From Lama guanicoe (Eukaryota), in NCBI GenBank assembly GCA_013239625.1, contig MU053629.1, positions 530,676 to 594,675 on the forward strand: DNA of 64,000 nucleotides, in the 5' to 3' direction. The notes beneath the pieces were generated by a model that was not told where the DNA came from, searched no databases, and saw only the letters and a list, made by a program, of their open reading frames with translations. A program made the translations under genes and the position numbers. Positions 11,247 to 23,673 of the stretch are shown here, one piece after another; within the stretch, counting starts at the first letter, position 1; each line of letters starts with the position of its first letter.

Positions 11247-12959
11247 TAGAGTTGATGAGTCCCGGGAATTGAAAAGTGACTTGATGCCAGGTCACCCAGT
11301 GAACAGAAACAGCCACTGTTCTTTTCTAGACTCAGGTGTGAATGGTGAGGGTCCCAGCTGTGCCAGACCCTCAGGAGTAGGTCCCTGCCTGGTAGGTGAT
11401 GTGTGCCTCCCTCCATAAACCCGGAGTCCCTGGAGGGCACGGACCGTGGCGCAATTACTCACTACTGGGAGCCTGGTGTGTGAAGCGAGTGGTGCACGTT
11501 TGTGAATATTTGACCACATCCCACCCAGTGGTTGCCCAGTGTAATAGTGCTCTTGCCTCCTTTAATGCAGTCTCTCCACCGCAGCTCTCTCCTTCCTGCA
11601 GGAAGCCTTCCAGGCCCTCGCTAACCAGAGGGATCGTTCTTGAAAGAGTTTCTGAAGGCTCTGGAGAACGTATATAAAAACCTGGCAGCGAAGCATCAGC
11701 TTTGGCATTAACCGGGCTGCGTTGTTTCCCAGTTGTGCCACTTACTGGGTACGTGGTTAGACACAAGTAGTGAAACTTTCCCCAACCTGTTTGATAATCT
11801 TTGCAATGGAGACAAGCAAGGCCTGCCCCACGTGATTCTGGGGACGAGTAAGTCAGCCAGCCTTGTGGGAGGCCTTGACGCAGTGGCTGCACTGAGTGTC
11901 AGCAGAGATGTCAGTGGGGAATAGCTACTGACGGGCATCGTGTGTGTCATGATCCTTTCTGGAGTGTAGACTCTTTCCCCGTCTTGATGACAGACTCCAG
12001 ATTGGGGCAGAGATCCTGCTTCCTGCTTCCCGGTGGTGTCTAACTACCACCTGCCTCCCTACCCGCTACCCCAGCACAGTGCTGTTCTCTCAGTAGGTAT
12101 TAAAAATCTGATTTGTCACTGAACGAACGTCTCTCGCTCTAAGACCCCTCTATCTGGACTTAATCTTGCCAATAGAGCAATTTCCTCCCCATTTGCCAAT
12201 GCTGTGGAGATGCTGATTATTTTTTCCAACCTTTCTTCTTTTTTTTGATTATGAATCAATATTCCATGTAACCTGGTCGATGGCCTGCTGCTGCTAGGAA
12301 GCACTGTTTCCCTCGCTTTGTCCTGAATGCAACCACCGTCCTTGGTCCTTATTGGACTCCTAGGCTCTCCTTAGACAAAGAAGTGGCTGTACAATTACCT
12401 GCTGTTTTTACCTGTTAGGACGATGGCTGCAAATGCCAGGAGTTTCTTGAAATACAGTACGTTGCTGACCCGGTTGTCTTCCAGCCCTGGGTCTCTATGA
12501 TCGGGCCTTTTAGTAATGGGACTGGGCTTTGTGACCCAGCAGTGGTCTGAGACACAGTGGATAGAGTCTGCCTGCTCATGAGACTTTTTTTTTTCTGCAT
12601 TGCACCTAAAAAGCACTCTGTTAAAAGTAAGCTTTGTTTCTTGAAATAACATCTTCTCACTGCTTAGCACCCACTTTTGCACTTAATAGGTGACATCTGC
12701 TGGACTGAATCAATCGATATCCACTCTGTCGTTGCTGTGATGATTTATTTCATGTAGAAATGTTGGTATTGTAAGAATTCAGCATTTGTTCTGACTCTTT
12801 CAGCTCAGAATGATATTCCAGGGCTTCTTGCCCAATTTCTTTCTAAAAGATGTGAAATCACCTGTTTCTGAGGTAGAACTGAGAAGCAATGTTAGGGATC
12901 ATTCATAGCTTTGTATGATAAATAACCGATATTCAAAAATGTGTAGATGATCACAGAGG

Positions 12960-13220
12960 ATGCAGGGATACAGGTGGGAGTCAAGAGCTGAAGCTCAGGG
13001 CTCAGATTTTCTGAGTTCAAATCCTGACTCCACTACTCATTAGCTCTGTGGCCATGGGTAATTTACTTGTCCTCTTTCCCCCACAGTTTTATCACCTGTA
13101 AGATAGATTTAGTAGTTTAATTTTCATACCTACCTTTATAGGCTTGTTGTAGGGTATTTACAAGATGGAATGCATAGAATCAACCTCATGGTAAACACTC
13201 AATAAATGTATATTGTTGTT
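12960..13220 (+). mobile_element. MIR SINE
   Basis: ctgagttcaaatcctgactccactactcattagctctgtggccatggg core; ends ggtaaacactcaataaatg. Confidence 0.75.
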
Positions 13221-13663
13221 GTCAATGCGTACTTGGCTTCTTTTCATTATCGTCTGTGCTACAGGGAAAGGGCAGAAATTCATCCTTTTAATTCATTAGA
13301 GTGGTCGCCTTGCACTCCTATGCCTTGAAGGTAAGCACAGCTGTGTGCAGTGTGTATTGCACAGACACGGGCTCCTGCGTCCTGCAAAACATACATACAG
13401 CTGACGTGGAGCAAGTGAGCCTCATACGTTGTGAGTAGGAATATAAAATCATACAGTCCTTTTGGAAAACAGCTTGGCAGTGTCTTCAGCTTTTTGTGTC
13501 TCAGGTTTTCATTTTAAAAAATCTAACGTTTTCAGTTCCTGTCAGTTTTATTATGGTGTGTATAATACTTTACATAATTAATCCATAATTAAATACATAA
13601 TTAATACATTATGACTTAACTTAATTTTTAATCAGATAAACAATTTTTGCAGCATCACTTTTT

Positions 13664-13848
13664 TTTTAAATTGAGATACAGTCAGTTACGATGTGTCAGT
13701 TTCTGGTGTACAGCACAATGTCCCAGTCATGCACATACAAACATATTTTGTTTTCATATTCTTTTTCATTAAAGGTTATTACAAGGTATTGAACATAGTT
13801 TCCTGTGCTCTACAGAGGAAACTTTTTAAAATCTATTTTTATATATAA
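13664..13848 (-). mobile_element. Short L1 3' end with 13-bp TSD
   Basis: TSD AGCATCACTTTTT at 13651-13663 and 13849-13861; L1 3'UTR in reverse (ttgagatacagtcagttac...ttctggtgtacagcacaatg). Confidence 0.88.
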
Positions 13849-13869
13849 AGCATCACTTTTTGAATAAAC

Positions 13870-14482
13870 GTAACACCTGTCATTTTGTCCCAGACATTCT
13901 TCTCCTTGGTATTCACTCAGGAGAAATGTAGGCAATGTCCTTAAAAAGAATTGTGCACAGATGTCACAGGCAGGACAGTGGATGCGTGCTCCTGGTACTA
14001 TGTGTTTTATTTATAGTATCTCCATGTTGGAAAGTAGCCTAGTGTTTGTCCACATGTGAAGGGATCAATCAGTTGTGCTACATCCATTCCAGAGAATATG
14101 ACTCGGCAATGAAAACAAACAGATTACTGGTATATGCAGCAACGTGGATGTCTCTCAAATATTCTGAGTGAACAAGGCCAGACCCCCCCCCCCAAAAAAA
14201 AGGACGTATTAAATGGTTCCTTTTATGGAAAATTCTAGAAAATGCAAGCTGATGTCTAGTGACAGGATACAAAACAGTGTTTCCTGGGGACAGTGGGAAG
14301 TGAGAGTTGGAAAGGAGGGATCACCAAGGGGTATCGGAAAACTTTTGCAAGTAATGGATATGTTAATTACCTTGACTGTCATGGTTTCAGAGGTATATAC
14401 GTATATAAAAGTTTATTTGTATACTTTCTGTATGTATATTTTATTGTCTGTCAATTATGCCTCAGTAAGAGTGTCTTTTAAA
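13870..14482 (+). mobile_element. Old L1ME-type 3' end (upstream piece near 13395-13490)
   Basis: gcagcaacgtggatgtctctcaaatattctgagtgaacaaggccagac...atggatatgttaattaccttgactgt...tgtcaattatgcctcagtaa. Confidence 0.75.
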
Positions 14483-16178
14483 AATGAAGCCGACTATATC
14501 AAAAAATAAATATATATATTTGCTCTGCTGCTATAGAATGACATTCATCAGCTAGCTTAAGTGAATATGTGCGTAAATTTTATTAGCTATTTTGTTTTCT
14601 TTTGGAATTTGTAGCACTTTATTAGAATATTTTGAAACAATATGTCCAAGGAAATTTCAATGAATGACTTTTCCGACCGTTGATCAAGTTCTCCATGGCA
14701 GGTGGAGGTGTTTGCATTATTGCACTGACCTTCAAATGAACCATCATAGCATCTACACATCCTAAAATTTTCTGCACAGACTTCGACTTTTGCTGCTTGG
14801 AAATAACCTCTTCTAGTTTTTTCACTGTTGCTTGCATTTTTTCCCTTTCCGTCTCCTTACCTCAACCCCCTACCACCTTTCTGCTCAAAAGAACATTTCC
14901 TCTAACATGGAAACAGGAATGCAGAGAAAGCCTTCTTATTTGACTGGAGTGGACTTAAAATTACTGTCAAAATTAGTTTACTTAGACTTACAGTCACAAA
15001 AAGTCAGTTAAAATTATGGATCATAAATTTTAACCTGAAACATCTACATTCAGACTTTGACCTAAAATGTATACAGGTCTGTAACAAACTTCTCTGATTA
15101 TGGGTGTAATTGAAATTCTGAATCTTTTCCATCACGAACCATTCCCAGGTTGTAGGTCTGTAATTCCTAGTTTGAGGTTCTTTAGAGTGTGATCTTAAAA
15201 GATATTTGAAAAGAAGTATGAATACAGACTCCTTTTATATTAAAGAGAAAAAGAACTTCTCCCCATTCATTGACAATTGTCTGGCCCTCACCTAACTTGG
15301 CAGCAATGTATTCCTTAGTGATTCATCAAATTCATCTACTGAATTTTTGTTCAAACAGCAACCTTTTCTTCTTGTGCTCGTATTTCTTTGGGCCATGTGA
15401 TATTTATTTATATAAGTACATAATAAATACCACGGGCTTGAACGAGTTTAAGAACAAACAGACTTTCGTAGGTGTGCTACTCAGCCTACCCACCGAAGAG
15501 TCGCTTTTAACTGGCAAGTTGGTTATGAGAATGTCTACTGTATATGCACACTGTCGGAAATCAAAACACAGCAAACTATAGATCATTAATCAGGCAAGAA
15601 TTTAAAGATCATAAAATTCACTGTGAACATTTAGGAGGGTTTTCGGTGAGTCTTCTCTGTGTGCGCACGCGTGGGTAGTTTATATTTTGTGTCCTGCTTA
15701 TGAAAAACAGTGAAAAATGTTCTCCAACCTAAATTCTGTGCTTTTATCTCTAGAAATGAAGTTATCAGTCTAAGTGTGTGACTACCATATTTAAGATGCT
15801 AGAAGAATATTGCCATATTGGCTGCCCCCTAAAATTGTACCTTGGACAGAGAAAAGTGTGTATTTCACTATTTCTTGCCAATGTGATGACTGTTCAGTTA
15901 CCTGCTAACATGCTAGGTAGACAGTGTCTTGCTTGGGTTTGTACTTTAAACATGTTACTGAGTGTGAACTTTCCCCCCCTCTTTTAAAATTTTCTTCTCA
16001 CTTGTGTTTCTTGTTTTGTGAAAAATGTGCTCCTGTTCTTAAACCATTTATATTAGGATATTTGTTTTACTTTCTTCATGATTTTTTTTGGTCACCTCTA
16101 GCTAGTATCTTTCTGGTAGATAGTAACTTTGTCATTTTCTGCGGATATATTTTCAAAGTTCATCACTTATCCTCTGGG

Positions 16179-16329
16179 TTTTTTTTTTTTTACATTTTTT
16201 ATTGAGTTATAGCCATTTTACAATGTTGTGTCAAATTCCAGTGTAGAGCACAATTTTTCAGTTATACATGAACATACATATATTCATTGTCGCATTTTTT
16301 TTGCTGTGAGCCACCACAAGATCTTGTAT
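16179..16329 (-). mobile_element. Short young camelid L1 3' end
   Basis: PolyT, then attgagttatagccattttacaatgttgtgtcaaattccagtgtagagcac, same family as 2891-3269. Confidence 0.88.
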
Positions 16330-19300
16330 TTTATAACGTTTTTACTTTTTATACTGTGAAATCCCTTTGTGAGTTCTTCTCTTGCATTAGTTTTACTTAG
16401 AAAGATTTTTACCAGTCTAATAAATCTTTGCTTTATGCTTTCTTTTTAAAAATCTAACTTTTAATTCATAGAAATTTTGTGGCTTATAGTATGAAGGACG
16501 ATCTAACTTAATTTTTTTCAGATAAACAATTTGTACAGCTCCACCTTTTAAGTATTTGTTCATTTTGGTGAAACTTCTATTGCATATAAATAGTATATAT
16601 CACGTCTGTCTCGTTTATATGCTTGTCTCTTGCTGCCAGGAGGATGTAGTTATTTCAGCTTCATTGTGGTTTTACTGCTAATGAGCAAGTTTTCATTTTT
16701 TGCAACTTTTTTTTTTTTTTACTACTTTCAATATATTGTCTCCCCAAATAACTATTTCCAGACAGGATGCAGCCCAAGCTTCTCGGGGTATTGCAAGCTT
16801 CTCCCCAGGTTTCCTCTTCTGTAGGTAGTTTTCACGGGGACTCTTGTGTGAGTTTGAAGCCTTTGCTTTCTCACCTGAACTTCTGTCTCTTGGATTCTTA
16901 ATGTCATTATACTTAACCTTTAGTAAACAAGGTGCTTTTGCGACTGCTGCTTTTTCATCTAGTCTGAGTTGTCTCATGAATCTCTTAATTTCTTAGAAAG
17001 CGCTTGGGGAATAATTCCTTTTTCAGAAGGGCAGTGCAGAGATTACATGTTCCCGTCTGTGGCCTGTGTGATCCTTGCCATCTGGCCTGGCTCTGGCAGC
17101 GGAGAAGGTGTCGCCCAAGTGTGCATCCTCAGGCAGGCTTTCTAACTGCTCAGAAGAGGAGATAAGGCCGTGGAGTGCCGCCTGCCCATGAAATGTCCCG
17201 GTTGGAGCTTGAAGTTAAATGCAAGGCTTCGCAAGGCTCCGATTGTTTGGACTGTTGGCTTATAAATCACAATGCACAGACCTTATCAGGAATGGGAGCA
17301 GCTGCTTTATTTTTACCTGTCAGCTTTATGCATTTGAAGAAAACAGTGCAGCAGCTGAAATGTGTCTGAGCAGAGGGCAGAAGTTAGCCAGGGTGAGTCC
17401 AGGGGGTCTGCCTGAAGGCGGCTGTGGGGACGTGAAGCCCTTCCTTGGCGTGTTTTCCCTCGAGGGCTGTCCTTTGAGTGCCTTGTGGTGGTCACTGCCT
17501 GGTTTGGGCTACTGCGCCTGCTCTCTCCCCCAGCTAAGTGACGCTGCCATTTCATCTCCCTGCTCTGATATGCCGAGGTACCCACTTGCCATCAATTGCA
17601 CATTTATGAAGAGCTATTGGCAGACTTGAAGAAAGAAGAAACACAACTATTATAGATGCACTCTCCACCCTCCCTTTGTTGTGCCTCTGGGAGCAGCCCC
17701 GTGTGGGCTGTCACACCTGGATCCCAGAGGACGCCTGACTCGGCCACAGCCGCAGCTGCCACCTTGTGCCTCTGAGTGCGGAACTGCCTGCCTTTTTTGA
17801 AGTGTCTGTCACACCGACTGGCTCTCCTTTGGGGTTTCTGTTCATTTTGGTTTTAAGAGCGTCTCAATCAAATGCATAGAGGAGACAGATTTTAGTGCTG
17901 AAGATGTAAAGGAAGCGATTCATACCGTCTACTATTACAGGAAACATATTCTATAGCATTTAAAATAGGAGTCTACGAACATTCTAGTCTTCCAGGTGAA
18001 AAGTCCTTTCTGAAAAAAAATGAGAACCTTGAAGGAGGTCAAGTTATTCAAGCTGATTCATCTCTCAGGTGATTCTTTAGATACGCATTTCCTCCTTCAG
18101 TAACAGCAGAATGGGTCTTAGTCACCCAAGACCTTGGGAAACATTTTTACAGAGTTTTATTTAATAGGAAATTGAATTTGGAAATTTTTTCCTATTCCTT
18201 CATTCACCTTTTGTTTAGGGATGTTGATAGGCCTATGTCTGACTTGACTATTTTCTGGTAAAACCTTCGAAAAAATTTTTTATTCCATTTTTCTGTTCCC
18301 TCTTCCCAGTCTTCCTCACTCCCCCCAAGACAGAAAGGCAGGCCAGCGTGCACGGGAGCCTGTTTCTGTGAGTTGATACCTGAGACCGTGGACACCTGTT
18401 GTTGGCAGAAGGCCCTGCGGGAGCTCCTGGCCAGAGGGCTTGGTGTGACCGCTGTGAACTGGTTGAGAGTCAGGATGCTTCCATGTGCTAAGGGGAGGGT
18501 CTCACGGAGACGTGGACTTGCAGCCAGGATACTGGCCGTGTGCCGCTTGCCAGGACGTGTGTTGAAGGCAGCCCTGGTCTCTGTCCACCCGCAGGAGGTA
18601 CCACGGAGAGCAGCCTCCCACTGGGGGAGGTAGCCATTCAACAGTTTCCTCTTGGAAACAGCGTGTTACAGTGAAGGATGGTGGTTGCTGAGACCTGGAG
18701 GACTTGCAGATGTGTAAGGATTTCCAGAAGCTGTCTAGTTTGTTTGTCCTGATGTGTTCTTCTTTAGAGTGAAATACTACGCTGAAGATGCTGAGAACAT
18801 TTCCCAGCTTTATGTGTAGAGAAAAAAGGTTGGGTTGGAAAACATGCCTTGTTACAGAGGCTTTCCTTCTGGAGTTGCCGTTAACTCTGCAAGTTAAACT
18901 CACAGCTCAGAAGCTAGTTTAGAGGAGTAAACAGTTGTGCCTTCTGACTTTCATGGAGTGACTTGGGGAAGCAGGTGAGCTTTTCTAGATGTTCTATACC
19001 AAGCCCTGCTTTCTTTTCCCCACTGGGATTAAGTCACGTTGCCTGCATGATGAAATGTTTGATTTCTAACTGAATGTAGCCAGGAGTCTGGTGAAAATGT
19101 GGTATGTGTTGTCCACAGTCTTCCTGGTGTTGGGGGTGGGGGAAGGAAGTAGGGCGGCATTTTTTTTTCCCTGAAAAATATCACATAATTCCCTCATTTG
19201 GCTCTGACAACAATAGCTGTGTTCCCTTAAAGATGGTTGAGAGCGCTGTGGGGAAGCTGTTGGTGTGGGCTTGCTCGTAACTGCAGCCTTTCTTAGCTCA

Positions 19301-19460
19301 TCTTCAGTTTATCTCCTGAGATGATGTCACTCACATGCCCCATTATCCAGCTTTGATGGCTGTGTATATATTCGGGGTTTTCATATTTCTGCAGAAAGTA
19401 GTATTTTTATTTGAAGGTAATCCTTGCCATCGGAGTTCAACTTGACTCTTCATTAATAAC

Positions 19461-19817
19461 TGTCGTGGGTTGGATAGTGTCCCTTCCATATTCACACTTA
19501 CGTGAAACCACAGAATGTGACCTTATTTGGAAACAGTCAGTGCAGATGCCATGACTTAAAGATAGAGATGAGATCATACTGGGTTAATCCGATGACTGGT
19601 GTTCTTATAAGAAGAGGGGGAAGACACAGAGGAGAGTGCCATGTGTGAGGATGGAGCCTCCAGGAAGGTCAGAGGAACGAGGAATCGTTCTCCCTTAGTC
19701 TTCAGGGGAGTGTGGCCCACCAGCAACGTGTTGCTCTGGACTTCTTGCTTCCGTAGCTATAGGAAAATCAACCCGTTATGTGGGGATTCTTGATGGCAGC
19801 TCTAGGATGCTAATACA
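19461..19817 (+). mobile_element. MLT1-family (ERVL-MaLR) solo LTR
   Basis: TG...CA termini; gaatgtgaccttatttggaaac, gatgagatcatactggg, ggcagctctaggatgctaataca. Confidence 0.8.
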
Positions 19818-22800
19818 CAGTCAACAGAAAATGGCAGAGATTGACAGTCCCCCTCTTACTGCCCTTCAGCCTGAGGTGCTGGGAGGTTAGCAAGGCTTTT
19901 CAATTGCAATGTTTACATTCAAGCAGTAAAATGTTACTTTCGCAGGAGGCTCCTGTGCCTGGTACACCTTCTATTTTAATTTGGTCAGTATATTACAAAA
20001 GGTGATTGACCAGAATCCTGTACCACTTGGAGGAGCTGCCGTGGTCTTTTTAATCTTGACTCGTAGGAAGTGGTCTGTGGGGACAGATGCCTCCTCCCTT
20101 TGTTGCTCCACCAAAGCGATTTTTCAAATTCCTTAAACCTGCTTGTGTAGCACGTTGGGACTTTAGACAACGATTGTGTCTCTTAAGTATGTATTTGTTC
20201 ACATTATCAGGGCTCAGGGACTCAGGATAGAGTATCAGCAAGCAAGCTGAAGACCCTGTAAAGGATGCACAACAGTGTCCTTTTGAATGTTCACTGGGAA
20301 ACACGGTTTGGGGCACAATCTGCTGCCCCGCAGTGTTACCAAGAGTTTGAGAAAGGGAAGTCGATATATAGTTAGTGAAAAGTGCCTTTAAAGGGGAAAA
20401 TGACTTTTTTGGCTAACAGAAGTAAAAATACAGAATCTTGGTGACATTGATCCAGCCTCCCTGCGTGTACCCCTGGCCTCATATTCTCAAATGTATCCTG
20501 GAAGCTTTAATCAAGGTAAGTCAAGTCCTCAAGCTGTGAAACTCAATGACACAGCAGCAGGCTGTTCACCTGAAGTGGTGGTGGAGGGGGGTAAGTAACC
20601 AAGACATGTGGCTGAGATCCTGCAGTCTTTGACTTCCATATGATGTTCTTTGGCTAGATTTCTTGGAACAGGAGCCCTCTCATTTGCTCTGAAGATCTCC
20701 CTGACCACAGAGGATTTGGCCCAATTTAAAAGAACCTCATGTTTTCATTATGAGGTGCTCAAAAGGAATGGCAAAGTACAGAGGTTTCTTCACACAGAAT
20801 TTCTAGTTAATTCTACTGGTGGAACCTCCCAACGCAGACGGGCTTGGGACATAAAGCCAGTTCGGAGTGGAGAATCGCTCTGCTAGTGTTAGATGTCGTG
20901 TGTGCCTGTTCATGAAGACGTTGCTGGTGTCGAGAAGAAAGTGTGTTCTGTCATCCTTCCCAGCAGGTGCCGCACATGAGCTGGGCTTTTCTGGGATCTG
21001 ACGGGGCAAAGTACCCGGGGCGGGTCGGGGTTGGGGGGCAGAGGAAAGGACAATAACATCTTTTGAACGTGAACTCTACCGGGCATCACTTACTTGATTT
21101 AGTCTTTGGGGTGTTCCTGTGGTTTGTAGGCATTGGTGTTATTAATGAGAAAATGATTATAGTCTGAACTTCAAAATTGAGGATCAGAAAGTTAAAATGA
21201 TTCACCGCAGGTTATATACTTAAGTCATTGGTAGAGACTGCTTTTGAGGGCACAGAAGGAAAGAGATGGGAAAGGGTGTGAGTATGTGCAAATATCTATA
21301 AATGTAGGGGAATTTTTTTTCTGGTGATGTCCGAACTGAACTGTTGAATTGCAGCTTTGGAAGGACTCTTATCTGGTCCAGAAGGATGGGGCAGATTCCA
21401 TTCAGTCTAGCCTGAAGGGTGAGGGCTGCAGGGTGGTGTATCGTTTCCTTACCTAGTAAGCGTATACCCCTTGCTAGGCACAGAAGGGATGCAGAGAGAG
21501 CCATAGCTCCTCTTTCTTCCTTAAACAGTACAATTAACAATACAGATTAAATAATGTAGAATTAAATAACCTATATTGGTGTTTACCGAGGGGTTTTATA
21601 TATCCTGTTCTTAATTTAAAACACAGCCAAGTGAGTTTTGTAATCTCTGTCTTACATACACACACACTCCTGTTTTTTTTTCTTACTTAATATATGAATT
21701 GATTTTTTTTTCTTGCCTGTGTCAATGATAAAGGAGATAAAAGCTTAGTCCTGCACTGTATCATGTACAATCCAACTTTATCTTAATAAAAGGAGATGGA
21801 GTTTGGGTTTCTCTTGGGCCAGTTCTATATCCTTAATAACCCCATAAGCTGTTCACATAACATCCATCACTGCCCAGACCAATTGCTCAGAGGCCGGCGA
21901 TGTTGCCCATTGTCTCATTCTGTGTACCCTGCACAGCTGGCCCGGAGCACCAGCCAGTCTTTCTTACTCTAGCTGACAGGGCTAATCAGGATGATCAATA
22001 TGGCCTCCCTCCTCATGGCACGGTCACTAAGTGGATTTGCTTTACTTAATATCCATATGGAGTGACTGGATGGGCAGTGGAGATTTTAACAAGCCCTTTG
22101 CTGATAAACCTGTGCTGGAGTGGAAAAGAATGAAACATTATCATACCAATGCAAGCAAAGCTCTTTGGGAAAAAGGTGTCCCAATCCAGGTGAGTGTAGG
22201 TAAGTAGCATAGCCCTTTAGAATTATTTTCCACATGGTTACTGTGAGTATGCATGAAGAGGGCTGTTGGGTTGAATTCATGTGGAAAGTCATTTTTTCTA
22301 TTTTCTTTGAAAATCTCAGAGCTTTAAGTCAAAGGAAAAGTTGGCATCTCTTAATTCACCCAGTGATCTGGTGTTCTGTTTACCAAAACCAACTATAAAT
22401 TTGTGAATGAGTTTTGCTGGCTGTGTTGCTGAGATAACAGTTGTAAGTTCACTCTGTGATTCGTATGTGAAATATTAGACCTTTATGAAATGTAAATGTA
22501 TCTTACCTAAAGTTTAAATCATAGCTAATCCATGCCAGCACCAACTGACATCACCGTGGGCATAGACAGTCAGCTCTGGGGTTACTGTTCATACTATTGT
22601 GGACAGAAATTCAGAATATACATTTTCTTCTGACCCTTTGCTTCTTAGCAAGTTGACTGTTATCATTAGGCAGTTTTTCATTAGATGGAGAGCCTTTGGT
22701 TTTGCTTTTTCTTTGAGTTCATCTGTTTTGTTTGGAGGTAAGAATAAAGCTTGTTAAGAGAGGAACATACATGGGAAGGCATGTGCAGTCATCAGGTCTG

Positions 22801-23096
22801 TTGATTGGTCATTCCACTAAAGAGTGACCCATCAAGGTCACTACTCAAGTCTACCCTGAGTTGGATTTTGGCTTGGGATATTGTCATTGTTCCTTTGCTG
22901 TCAGCTGTGTGATGTCTGGGGTCCAGAATTTCCACTGTTCCTCTAACCACAGAGGAGAGTGAGGGATCTGATGTATCGGCTGGGGCCCAAGGACGTGCCT
23001 TCCGGGCTCTGCTCCAGATGGTTTCATAATAGAATTACATGGGAAGTTTGTATTCCACTCAGAAATAATACATTGGTGTCGGTTTTAAATGGCCAG

Positions 23097-23673
23097 TTTT
23101 TTTTTAAATTTTATTTTATTGAGTTATAGTCAGTTTATAATGTTGTGTCCATTTCCAGTGTAGAGCACAATTTTTCAGTCATACATGAACATACATATAT
23201 TCATTGTCACATTCTTTTTCTCTGTGAGCTACCATAAGATCTTATATGTATTTCCCTGTGCTACACAGTATAATCTTATTTATCTATTCTGCATATGCCT
23301 GTCAGTATCTACAAATTTTGAACTCCTAGTCTGTCCCTTCCCACCCCTCTCCCTCCTGGCAACCACAAGTTTGTATTCTATGTCTATGAGTCTGTTTCTG
23401 TTTTGTATTTATGTTCATTTAAAATTTTTTTTTAGATTCCACATATAAGCGATATCACATGGTATTTTTCTTTCTCTTTCTGGCTTACTTCACTTAGAAT
23501 GTCATTCTCCAGGGACATCCATGTTGCTGCAAATGGCGTAATGTTGTTTTTTTATGGCTGAATAGTATTCCATTGTATAAATATACCACAGCTTCTTTAT
23601 CCAGTCATCTGTCGATGGACATTTAGGCTGTTTCTATGTCTTGGCTTTTGTAAATAGTGCTGCTATGAACATT
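23097..23673 (-). mobile_element. Camelid L1 3' end, 5'-truncated
   Basis: T-rich tail; reverse L1 3'UTR through ...aaatagtgctgctatgaacatt. Confidence 0.92.
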
